Origin: an uncultured cyanobacterium
GTDB taxonomy: Bacteria; Cyanobacteriota; Cyanobacteriia; Cyanobacteriales; Nostocaceae
DNA length: 64,000 bases
NCBI GenBank assembly: GCA_963706595.1
Contig: OY970166.1
Location: 2,592,001-2,656,000 of the forward strand
Direction of reading: 5' to 3'
Position numbers and translations under genes: made by a program. Below, one piece after another: positions 20,965-29,927 of the stretch. Numbering within the stretch: the stretch's first letter is position 1; every line of letters begins with the position of its first letter. Under the pieces are notes generated by a model. It saw only the letters and a program-made list of their open reading frames with translations. It had not been told where the DNA came from and did no database searches.

Positions 20965-23226
20965 TTACTCAGCTAATGCCCTAGAGGTGACTGCTCGTTG
21001 TAACTGAGCCAAAGCGCGATTGTAATCTAAGATAGCTGTAATGCGATTACCTTCAGACCTAGTTAAATCGTTTTCGGAATTAATCACGTCAGTTTGAGTA
21101 CCTACACCGGCTTGGAATCTTAACCGAGCCAAACGTAAAGCTTCTCTAGCTTGTTCTAAAGCAGCATCAGCAGTTTGAACATTTTCCAAATTAGATATTT
21201 GGGTAGAAAAAGCTTGTTCTACCTGAAACCGGATTTGGTTGCGCTGTTCACTAAATTGAGTTTCTGCGATCGCCATATTAGATTTTGCCTGAGCAGCTCT
21301 TGATCTAGCAGATCCACCATCGTACAAATTCAAAGTAGCCCTGACTCCCACAGAATAGCCATCGGTCAAACTCACACCATCATCGAACTGATCTAGTAGG
21401 TTGTAGCTAGCAACCAAGCTCACTTGCGGACCCAGGGCTGAAAGTGCTTCGCGCCGCTGCTGTTCATTGATGTTACGCTCTGCCAATTGCTGTTGTAACT
21501 CTGGACGATGTTGAAACGCCAACACAATGCTACTTTCTAGGTCTTGGTTCCATAAACCGGCTAATTGCACAGGATCTGCCGCACTAATATTTATTGACTG
21601 TGGCACACTTAAGCGAGTTGCGAGGCGGCGACGGGCAATTTGCTGTTGTGAGCGAGAATTAGTGAGTTCTTGCTGAGAATTAGCCAAATTTACTTGCGAT
21701 TGTAAGACATCAAATCGCGTACCTACCCCAGCCCTTTCTAAAGCTTGTGCATCTCGTAAACTAGCCTGGGCATTCTCCACAGCAGACTGGGCAATGCGTA
21801 CTCGCTCATCAGCTTGTTGCAGGTCGTAGTATTCCGTGGACACATCCAGGCGAATTTGTTCAGCCTGGCGCTCTATGGCCAACTCACGGAATCGGACTTG
21901 TTCTTCAGCCTGACCGATGTTAGCTAACCGTCTACCAGAAGTATAAAGGTCATAAGTCAGTTGAGCTTGACCACTAAAAGCTGTAGTAGCTTCAGCTCCT
22001 GGCGCTGGGGCATTCAATTGTTGCGCTTGTTGATTCAACCCTAGCTGTTGTTCCGCAGAACGACTGCGAATCACATCAGCACTCAGACCAACATTGGGCA
22101 ACAAAGCAGCTTGGGCTTCTCGTAGTGCAGCTTGAGAGCGTTCTAGCTCCAATAGAGACACCTGTAAATCTCGATTGTTCCGCTTTGCCAGTTCTAGGGC
22201 CTGTGCCAAAGTAATCGGCTGATTGTTTTCAAGTGTCACTTCTTCTGGTTTTGTAGGAAATTGCAGAGGATTAGCACTAGGAATGAGGTTATCAGGAATT
22301 TGCACGGCACTAGTAGGCGCAAATTCCACAGTTTCTGGTTGCAGAGGAATTTGACCAGTACTAGCAGGTTCAACAGACTCTGTTTCTGGTTGCAGAGGAA
22401 TTTGACCAGTACTAGCAGGTGCAACATACTCTGTTTCTGGTTGTGAAGGAGTTAAATCCCAACCAGTATTTTCCAAAGCTGTGGTTGTCTTGGGAGTAGA
22501 TGGAGAACTCTGAGCGATCAAATTCCCAGTTAGATGTTGCTGTCGGCAGTTACTGCTAGCTGACAACGAAGAAATCAATCTCCTGTTTGTCTTCTCTGCC
22601 TCTGAACAACTTTGCGCCGTCCGTAACTTTGCTAGTCCTCTATCCCTGACCGCAGTTGGTAAAACAGTCGAAAACTGAGTTTCCAGTTTTTTTGGAGACG
22701 CTGCTGGTTGCCGTAAAGCAGACAGAGAAAAACTCCCTGGCTGGGCAGGAGTTGCTGGGGAGGTAACAGTAGAAACAACTGTTTTCTCTAATTGCGGCTC
22801 CGAAGTAGCGACGTGACTCGGTGTTTGATTGCTTTTTAAATCATGCGGCTCGGACTTTTGGGCAGTATTTAACAAATTTGTAAGATTGGAAAACTTACCT
22901 TCATTTTTTTCAGATAGCTCTTTTTTTATGGGTATACCAGTATTTCCTGTCAAGATCACTGGGTTACTCTTACTACTTAAAGATGGCAAATCCAGAGTAG
23001 TTAACTCAGATTCGGGTACTATGTCTGAAAAAATCTGTGTCTTAGTATTAGGCAGTTGGGTATTAATATTGTCTCCAATCCAGGTTCGACTATCAGTGGA
23101 AGTCAAGACGCTAGGAGAAGACGCAAGTTGTATGCCACTAACTGTCCCAGCCAAAGCAGGCTGGGTTGTCAATACCGCTGCTGTGACACCAGGTAAGAAA
23201 CTATAGAATAAGTATTGTCCTTTCAC
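20965..23226 (-). CDS. TolC-family outer membrane efflux protein (HgdD-like) with long low-complexity N-terminus
   Basis: Signal peptide, two OEP repeats (AGVGTRFDVL, AGVGTQTDVI). Confidence 0.92.
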   Translation of the reverse strand: MKGQYLFYSFLPGVTAAVLTTQPALAGTVSGIQLASSPSVLTSTDSRTWIGDNINTQLPNTKTQIFSDIVPESELTTLDLPSLSSKSNPVILTGNTGIPIKKELSEKNEGKFSNLTNLLNTAQKSEPHDLKSNQTPSHVATSEPQLEKTVVSTVTSPATPAQPGSFSLSALRQPAASPKKLETQFSTVLPTAVRDRGLAKLRTAQSCSEAEKTNRRLISSLSASSNCRQQHLTGNLIAQSSPSTPKTTTALENTGWDLTPSQPETEYVAPASTGQIPLQPETESVEPASTGQIPLQPETVEFAPTSAVQIPDNLIPSANPLQFPTKPEEVTLENNQPITLAQALELAKRNNRDLQVSLLELERSQAALREAQAALLPNVGLSADVIRSRSAEQQLGLNQQAQQLNAPAPGAEATTAFSGQAQLTYDLYTSGRRLANIGQAEEQVRFRELAIERQAEQIRLDVSTEYYDLQQADERVRIAQSAVENAQASLRDAQALERAGVGTRFDVLQSQVNLANSQQELTNSRSQQQIARRRLATRLSVPQSINISAADPVQLAGLWNQDLESSIVLAFQHRPELQQQLAERNINEQQRREALSALGPQVSLVASYNLLDQFDDGVSLTDGYSVGVRATLNLYDGGSARSRAAQAKSNMAIAETQFSEQRNQIRFQVEQAFSTQISNLENVQTADAALEQAREALRLARLRFQAGVGTQTDVINSENDLTRSEGNRITAILDYNRALAQLQRAVTSRALAE
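22331..22443 (-). repeat. 51-bp intragenic tandem repeat (17-aa unit QPETExVxPASTGQIPL)
   Basis: gtttctggttgcagaggaatttgaccagtactagcagg at 22331 and 22382, partial at 22433. Confidence 0.92.
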
Positions 23227-23331
23227 CGCATCCCCTCACACGAAAATCAATACTAGCGGCAGAAAACCCTTCTTCTCCACAGAATATAGCACGATCCTAA
23301 ATGTAGATATGAATATACCATGACACTAAAT

Positions 23332-24891
23332 TTAGGAATCGGAACTCGGTTTCTTTTCAAAACGTTGAACTATGCGAGATAGTTCCGCCTTTTCATCGAT
23401 ACTAACGCGGCTTGGCGCACCACTAATAATTCGTTCGTAGTTACGGAAAGAATCTTTAATTTCAGGACCGTCAGCAGTAATATTATACTCCCGGATACCT
23501 TTGTCATGCCACGAACCGCGCATTTTAAATACATTAATTGCCCGTGACATTTCGCCGCGAATTTCCACGTACTGCAACATTAAAATTGTGTCTGTAATTG
23601 TGGAAATATGGGAGTCAGTAATGGAATGTGATCCCAGAAATTGGTCAGTTGTATTGGTAAAAAAACCAGTTATTTCTTCTTGCTTGGCATAACCAGTTAC
23701 ACCGATAACAAACTGGCGAAAGGCATTATTGCTAACTCCTCTAGCTAGTGCGGAAAGGGAATCAATGGCAATGCGAGATGGCTTAAAGACGGCAATTTCT
23801 GATTTAATAATTTGCAAGTGGTCTTCTAAACCAGTTGATTCAGGATAAGTACAAATTATTTTGAGTAAACCTTGACGTTCTAGTTCTTCAAAATCAATTC
23901 CCCAAGAATAGGCATTGCGAGACAGTTGAGCGCGTGATTCTTCATAAGCAAATAAAATTGCTTGTTCACCCTTCATGCAGCCATCTTGCAGAAATTTACT
24001 GACCAATAAAGTTTTACCAGTACCAGTAGCTCCTGTTGTCAAAATAATAGAATCTTTAAAGAAACCACCCCCGCACATTTCATCCAGGGTTTTGACTCCA
24101 GACGATACCCTGACATTAGAAGAGCGTTGGGTCAGGCGCATCGCTCCCAAGGGAAAAATGTTGACTCCTTCATTGGTAATTGTAAAAGGATACTCGCCCT
24201 TCATGTGAGTTGTACCACGCAATTTGAGAATTTCAATGGTGCGGCGGCGACGTTCTCCTTCTAAAACATTACGCACAATTACCACATTATCCGAAACAAA
24301 TTCTTCTACTCCGAAAGAAGCAACAGAACCGTATTCTTCGCTACGTTCTGTGGTAATGATAGTTGTGACGTAAAGTTGCTTGAGACGGGCTACAAGGCGA
24401 AATATCTCCCGCCGAACCACTCCCATGGCTTCATACTGCTGAAAGACGGCTGTAATTGAGTCAATAGATACTCTTTGGGCTTTATATTTGCGAATTGCAT
24501 ATTGCAAACGTTCAATGAGTGCCGAAAGGTCAAAGTTACCAACAATATCTTGACCTTCCGGATCAGGTGAAGCATCAAGAATAAATAATTTACCTTCCTC
24601 AATTAGACGTTGTAAATTCCACCCAAAAATCTGGGCATTTTTAATAATATCATGAGGGGATTCTTCAAAAGTAACAAATACACCTGGTTCATCAAAGCGG
24701 GTAATGCCGTTATAGAGAAATTGCAGTGATAATAAAGTTTTGCCTGTGCCAGATGTACCACTAACTAAGGTAGTTCTACCAGTGGGCAAACCTCCGTGGC
24801 TAATATCGTCAAAGCCCTCTATCATCGTGCGAATTTTTTCTACACCAGCAATTGGGGTGTTGTTTGGTGCTGCTTGGTCTTTTTCGCTCAT
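23332..24891 (-). CDS. kaiC: Circadian clock ATPase KaiC
   Basis: 519 aa, two P-loops (GTSGTGKT, GATGTGKT), phosphosite segment SHISTITD. Confidence 0.99.
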   Translation of the reverse strand: MSEKDQAAPNNTPIAGVEKIRTMIEGFDDISHGGLPTGRTTLVSGTSGTGKTLLSLQFLYNGITRFDEPGVFVTFEESPHDIIKNAQIFGWNLQRLIEEGKLFILDASPDPEGQDIVGNFDLSALIERLQYAIRKYKAQRVSIDSITAVFQQYEAMGVVRREIFRLVARLKQLYVTTIITTERSEEYGSVASFGVEEFVSDNVVIVRNVLEGERRRRTIEILKLRGTTHMKGEYPFTITNEGVNIFPLGAMRLTQRSSNVRVSSGVKTLDEMCGGGFFKDSIILTTGATGTGKTLLVSKFLQDGCMKGEQAILFAYEESRAQLSRNAYSWGIDFEELERQGLLKIICTYPESTGLEDHLQIIKSEIAVFKPSRIAIDSLSALARGVSNNAFRQFVIGVTGYAKQEEITGFFTNTTDQFLGSHSITDSHISTITDTILMLQYVEIRGEMSRAINVFKMRGSWHDKGIREYNITADGPEIKDSFRNYERIISGAPSRVSIDEKAELSRIVQRFEKKPSSDS

Positions 24892-24980
24892 TGCTTATTA
24901 AGGAATGGGTATGCAACCCAATTTTTATATTACTAAAGTTGGTATTTTGTGATCGAATTTGTATGTATGATTAAATTTTT

Positions 24981-25295
24981 TTACTGTTCCCAATATTCTT
25001 CACTCAGTTCTTCATAAAGTAAGTCTAATCCAATCAACACTCTTTCTCTGTCTGATAGGTCACCAATTATTTTGCGAACGGGTGGAGGCAAAATTTTAGA
25101 TAATGTTGGTGTAGCTAATATTTTATCTTCTTCGGCTAACTGGGGATTTTTTAGCACGTCAATTACTTTCAAAGCATAGACACCTTGAAATTCTTGTTCT
25201 AAGATGTTTTTCAGGATCTTTAAGGCTCGGACTGAGTTAGGTGTGTTCCCTGCTACATAAAGCTTGAGAACATAGGTTTTTTTGGATTTATTCAT
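24981..25295 (-). CDS. kaiB: Circadian clock protein KaiB
   Basis: [32 protein letters not shown]. Confidence 0.99.
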   Translation of the reverse strand: MNKSKKTYVLKLYVAGNTPNSVRALKILKNILEQEFQGVYALKVIDVLKNPQLAEEDKILATPTLSKILPPPVRKIIGDLSDRERVLIGLDLLYEELSEEYWEQ

Positions 25296-25310
25296 GATGA
25301 TGAACTTAAT

Positions 25311-25616
25311 CTATTGAGAAATTGAACACCTATAGTGTTCGCAGAGGTGCGCGAGGATATCTATGAGTGCTAAACGATAATCAAGTAATGCTTCATCGCT
25401 TCTGCCTTCTAATCTTAGCTGGATGGAAAAGTCTTCAATTAGTTCCATGTGAAATTCTATAATTTGAGGCACAGGAATATTAGCACAAAATACAGCATTG
25501 ATAAATTTATCAATTTCTTCTTTCAGAGTTTTATCTGCGGCAAAGTAATTTATCAGAATCTGGCGATAATCTGATTTGAGTTGTTGTAACAATACCTGCC
25601 GATCAACTTGAGTCAT
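25311..25616 (-). CDS. kaiA: Short KaiA (C-terminal domain only); frame is open from GTG 25661
   Basis: LKSDYRQILINYF, LEGRSDEALLDYRL, DILAHLCEHYR. Confidence 0.95.
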   Translation of the reverse strand: MTQVDRQVLLQQLKSDYRQILINYFAADKTLKEEIDKFINAVFCANIPVPQIIEFHMELIEDFSIQLRLEGRSDEALLDYRLALIDILAHLCEHYRCSISQ

Positions 25617-26426
25617 CTGTTGAAAGAATTGCTGGGGTTTTTGCTTCTGGCATGGAAACACATAAAAATATTTATTAATGAAATTTTTATTAAGATATTG
25701 TTGCCACTACTTCAGTAGGTAGTAGATTTTAGCAGTGGTAGTATCGATTATAAGCGAGAAGCACAATTGGTCGGTGGTATGCTAGACCAAAGGCCACATC
25801 TGTCCGCTCAATCTTAGTTTTGTGGCTAGTTTAGCCGGATTATCTAAATTTTGGGTAACATTGGGGGTAAAAATTAATCAGAGTAGTAACATCTGTATAT
25901 TTGTACATCTTCATTAATCAACCTCACCAATATTGTTAGACTATCTAGATTAGATGTGGATAGCACTTCTGAGAGGATGTGTAGTTGTGGATGAAAGTTA
26001 CAAGTTCTAGATCCTTTGATTTCAATTCCTTGATAAGATACTTAAACTAACTTAAAGTATCATCACATTTTAAATCATTATAATTCCTCAAGGTTTATTA
26101 GCGAATCTTTGATCCCATAATTGTCTTAGTTGTCACTATGGTTGAGGAGTTTCAACACCAGTAGGAGACTGACAAGGATTTTTTTCTAAAAATTCCCAGT
26201 GGCAAAGACAACGAGTAAATACCATAAATCGTGTCTGTGAAGAATCTCGCCAGGAGCGCAGCCAAACGGTAAACTCATTGTTTCAATGGCGTTGCAGCTG
26301 TAACAAGAATCGCTTAAATGATTCTTCTGAAAGAATATTTCTTTGCTGGTCGAACACTAATTTGCCCACAGTGCTGATGGTGAAGCCGCAAGCTTTCACA
26401 AAGAAGAATGACCCATAAGGTTCCTT

Positions 26427-29400
26427 ATGTCAATGCTACAGTACCCGCTTTATGAATTTCTAGCAACCGTACCCCACTGCGTAGAGACAAGTACTCTGGC
26501 TATCGTGCTGGAGATTTTTGAGCAAGAGCAGTGCGATCGCTTGGTAGTAGTAAATCAGCAACAATACCCATTAGGATTGGTGCAATCTGCCCGTTTAATC
26601 CCCAAATTATTAGTAGCATCCGGTGACAACCAAGCTTTGGACTTGCACCAACCCTTGTCAACCTGGGAGCCAGCCATAATTGAACCACTGAATACGTTAC
26701 CCGCGACATATTGTGTAGAGCAATTTCAGCTACTTCTGCATGACCAACTGGAATTGACCTACCCAAAATTTAGACCTGATTGGGCGTTGATTGATGAAGA
26801 GGGCAAATTTCTAGGGTTGCTGAATAGCGCAGGTCTGTTAAGAGCATTGGCTCAGGAAAAATTGGCAATCAAGACTACGAAAACTCAATGCTTACCTGAT
26901 ACCAAAATCACCTCTAAAAATATTTCCCTAGATCATGCTCAGACCTCCAGCCACAGAGCAAAAACTCGCTGGCGTGACAAGTCAGGACTAACACGAGGGC
27001 GGAAGATAAATCAACGTCAACCAGCACCCAAATCGCTGGTGCAGCTTTTAGAATTACTGCCTTGGCCTTTAATGCTGCAAACTGTCACAGGTGAAGTATT
27101 AGCAAAAAATCCGGCTTGGTGGCAGCAATTGGGAGCATTGAAAGATCCCGAAGGCATTCGCCAACAAGTTGAAGCCATACTAGCCCCAGCCCAGACCAAA
27201 ACGGCTCCAGAATACGCTAGCCAACAAGCAACTAGATTTCATCCTCATATTAGGGAAAATGAGCATAACGGCCAGGGGCAATCCATACCTGGTCCCTCTC
27301 ATTCTGGAGAACATAGTTTTCTGTCACCGCAGGTCGCCTCGCCTTTAGTATCATCTTCACTACCACGGTCACAGATGACATCCAATCGCTGTTTTTTGGA
27401 TAGCCCGATGGGTACTTGTACCTGTGTTGTGGAAGTGCAAAATGGTCAGGAGCGAATTTGGCAGTTTGCCAAAATTCCTTTAGATAGTTCTAAGTCAGAA
27501 CTTCTATGCCGTGAAATGTTTGCTGGAGAATTTAACCTTGAGCAGACTGGGGCGACTCTAAGTAGTGAACAAAGTCATGATCTCTGCTTAATATTAGCTA
27601 CTGATGTGACTGAACAGCAGCAAATATGTAAGGAACTAGCAGCGAAAAATGCTGACCTGATTCAACTAAATCGTTTAAAGGATGAGTTTTTAGCTTGTAT
27701 TAGTCATGAACTGAAGACCCCTCTCACTGCTGTTTTGGGACTATCACGGTTGCTTGTAGATCAGCAATTGGGTGAACTTAATGAGCGCCAAGCTCGTTAT
27801 GCGGGTCTGATTCATCAAAGCGGACGACATTTGATGAGTGTGGTGAATGATATTTTAGATTTGACTCGGATGGAAACGGGACAGATGGATTTAGCCCTTG
27901 TACCCGTGACAATTCGTGTAGTGTGCGATCGCGCTCTCACAGAAGCAAAAGCTCTCCATACTCAAACAACCAAAGCCAGCCACACCCAAACCCCCACAGT
28001 CAATGCCATTCCGGAATTCGCCATCTCCATTGAACCAGGCTTAGACCAGATAATAGCTGATGAATTGCGCTTGCGTCAAATGTTGGTACACCTACTTTCC
28101 AACGCCTTTAAGTTCACCGAAAACTCTGGCGAAATTGGGTTGCGGGTGAGTCGTTGGGAAGGCTGGGTGGCATTTACCATCTGGGATACAGGTATTGGTA
28201 TTCCCGAACATCAGCAACATTTAATCTTCCAAAAATTTCAACAATTGGAAAATCCCCTCACCCGTCAATTTGAAGGTACTGGTTTGGGGTTGGTTTTAAC
28301 TAGGGCTTTGGCTCGTCTCCACGGAGGTGATGTCAGCTTTTTATCTCGTGAAGGCAAAGGTAGCCAATTTACATTACTACTACCACCAAGTCCCCCCACC
28401 ACAGGCTTAACGGCTCCAGAGATCGGAATCAGAGAAGATGGCAAAATCCCCATTCCGGAAATACGCGAAGTGACAAATTCAGCCCGTGGGCGGGTGGCGA
28501 CAACTTCCCCACATCAACCCACTAGCTCACAGAGGTTAGTGCTAGTGGTGGAAGCAGTAGCCAGATATATCGAGGATTTGACCGATCAGCTCAAGGGTTT
28601 AGGTTATCGCGTCGTGATTGCTCGTTCTGGAACCGAAGCAGTAGAAAAAGCCCGTCGTTTACAACCGAAAGCGATATTCTTAAATCCTTTATTACCTTTA
28701 CTTTCGGGTTGGGATGTGCTGACTTTATTGAAATCTGATCCGGCGACGAGACACATTCAGGTGATGGTGACGGCGACGGGAGCAGAAAAGGAGCAAGCTT
28801 ATGCGAATCGCGCTGATGGTTTCCTGAATTTGCCAGTTCAGCATCAGGCTTTAGTACCACTCTTGGAAAATTTAGTTGCTCAACCAGCAATTAAGCAGCC
28901 AGGGTTAGACAATGGCAAAATCACCCCAACTACAACTCCATTGAGGATTTTGAGGTTGGTAGAACAAAGTTTAGAATCAATTAGTCCCAACCCTTCACTG
29001 CGAGAACATCGGGTGATAGAGGTAGATGATCTCGATCAAGCCGAACTTTTAGCGCGGGTTTGGGAATTTGATGTGATTTTACTAGATGCAAGAGGTGCTA
29101 CTGCCCAAACCTACCTACAACAGTTAACTCAACATCCCATATTGGCTGAGATTCCATTGGTGACTTGCGATGTCGCTACTACCTTGGCGGCTTCAAAGAT
29201 TCCGGGGTTGTCAGTGTTTCCTTACTTGACACCGTTCTCTAGAGAAAACGAAAATCATTGCGATCGCACAAATCCTTTATTATCGGTGTTGCAAATTGCA
29301 TCTGGTCTTTGCTGTCCACCGAGTCTTCTCGTTGTCGATTTGACGATGCTGGATGATTTACCAAAGATGAGGCGCAAACAGGTCAAAGAAGTCAAAAATG

Positions 29401-29924
29401 TACTCAATAATGACAGTACCGAACGCGGATCTGAGTGGTTCCAAGCTTTAATTCAATATTTACAAACTGCTGGCTTGAAAGCAGCAATGGGGCGTTGTTG
29501 GGCAGAAGTTCTCCAACAAATTCGCCACCAAAGCGTTGATTTACTGCTGATTTGCTTGGGTGATTCCTCTGTTCATCAAGAGGTGTTACAGGAGCTAAAA
29601 GCCTTGGCAGATTTACCTTTCGACTTACCACCGATTTTGATTATTGACCAGCGCTTAAATCAGACTTTCAAGCCTTCTTCTCTGTCTAAAAGTTCCCCAG
29701 CCGAAAGTCATCAGCCCAGCCAGAGCAAATTGGATGTAGAAGCAAATGTGATGAGTGAATTGGCGCAGCTTGTTGTTCGCATCGCTTCTCGTTCGCCCAG
29801 CGTCTCTATTCAGGGAAGAGAAAACATCGCCGCCCAGATTTTGCCTCGTTCTATATCAATGGAAGACTTGTTAACCCAGATTAATCAAGCTTTAGGTTTA
29901 ACAGGAACAGGAGAAACTTCATGA
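26427..29924 (+). CDS. Hybrid histidine kinase with N-terminal CBS-like region and degenerate receiver domains
   Basis: ISHELKTPL, LSNAFKFT, DTGIGI, GTGLGL; REC-like AIFLNPLLP. Confidence 0.9.
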   Translation: MSMLQYPLYEFLATVPHCVETSTLAIVLEIFEQEQCDRLVVVNQQQYPLGLVQSARLIPKLLVASGDNQALDLHQPLSTWEPAIIEPLNTLPATYCVEQFQLLLHDQLELTYPKFRPDWALIDEEGKFLGLLNSAGLLRALAQEKLAIKTTKTQCLPDTKITSKNISLDHAQTSSHRAKTRWRDKSGLTRGRKINQRQPAPKSLVQLLELLPWPLMLQTVTGEVLAKNPAWWQQLGALKDPEGIRQQVEAILAPAQTKTAPEYASQQATRFHPHIRENEHNGQGQSIPGPSHSGEHSFLSPQVASPLVSSSLPRSQMTSNRCFLDSPMGTCTCVVEVQNGQERIWQFAKIPLDSSKSELLCREMFAGEFNLEQTGATLSSEQSHDLCLILATDVTEQQQICKELAAKNADLIQLNRLKDEFLACISHELKTPLTAVLGLSRLLVDQQLGELNERQARYAGLIHQSGRHLMSVVNDILDLTRMETGQMDLALVPVTIRVVCDRALTEAKALHTQTTKASHTQTPTVNAIPEFAISIEPGLDQIIADELRLRQMLVHLLSNAFKFTENSGEIGLRVSRWEGWVAFTIWDTGIGIPEHQQHLIFQKFQQLENPLTRQFEGTGLGLVLTRALARLHGGDVSFLSREGKGSQFTLLLPPSPPTTGLTAPEIGIREDGKIPIPEIREVTNSARGRVATTSPHQPTSSQRLVLVVEAVARYIEDLTDQLKGLGYRVVIARSGTEAVEKARRLQPKAIFLNPLLPLLSGWDVLTLLKSDPATRHIQVMVTATGAEKEQAYANRADGFLNLPVQHQALVPLLENLVAQPAIKQPGLDNGKITPTTTPLRILRLVEQSLESISPNPSLREHRVIEVDDLDQAELLARVWEFDVILLDARGATAQTYLQQLTQHPILAEIPLVTCDVATTLAASKIPGLSVFPYLTPFSRENENHCDRTNPLLSVLQIASGLCCPPSLLVVDLTMLDDLPKMRRKQVKEVKNVLNNDSTERGSEWFQALIQYLQTAGLKAAMGRCWAEVLQQIRHQSVDLLLICLGDSSVHQEVLQELKALADLPFDLPPILIIDQRLNQTFKPSSLSKSSPAESHQPSQSKLDVEANVMSELAQLVVRIASRSPSVSIQGRENIAAQILPRSISMEDLLTQINQALGLTGTGETS

Positions 29925-29927
29925 AAA

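Noticed and set aside
26196..26300. c-di-GMP-I riboswitch suggested by GGCAAA
   Set aside because: No GNRA tetraloop/receptor or GACGCAAAGC junction visible
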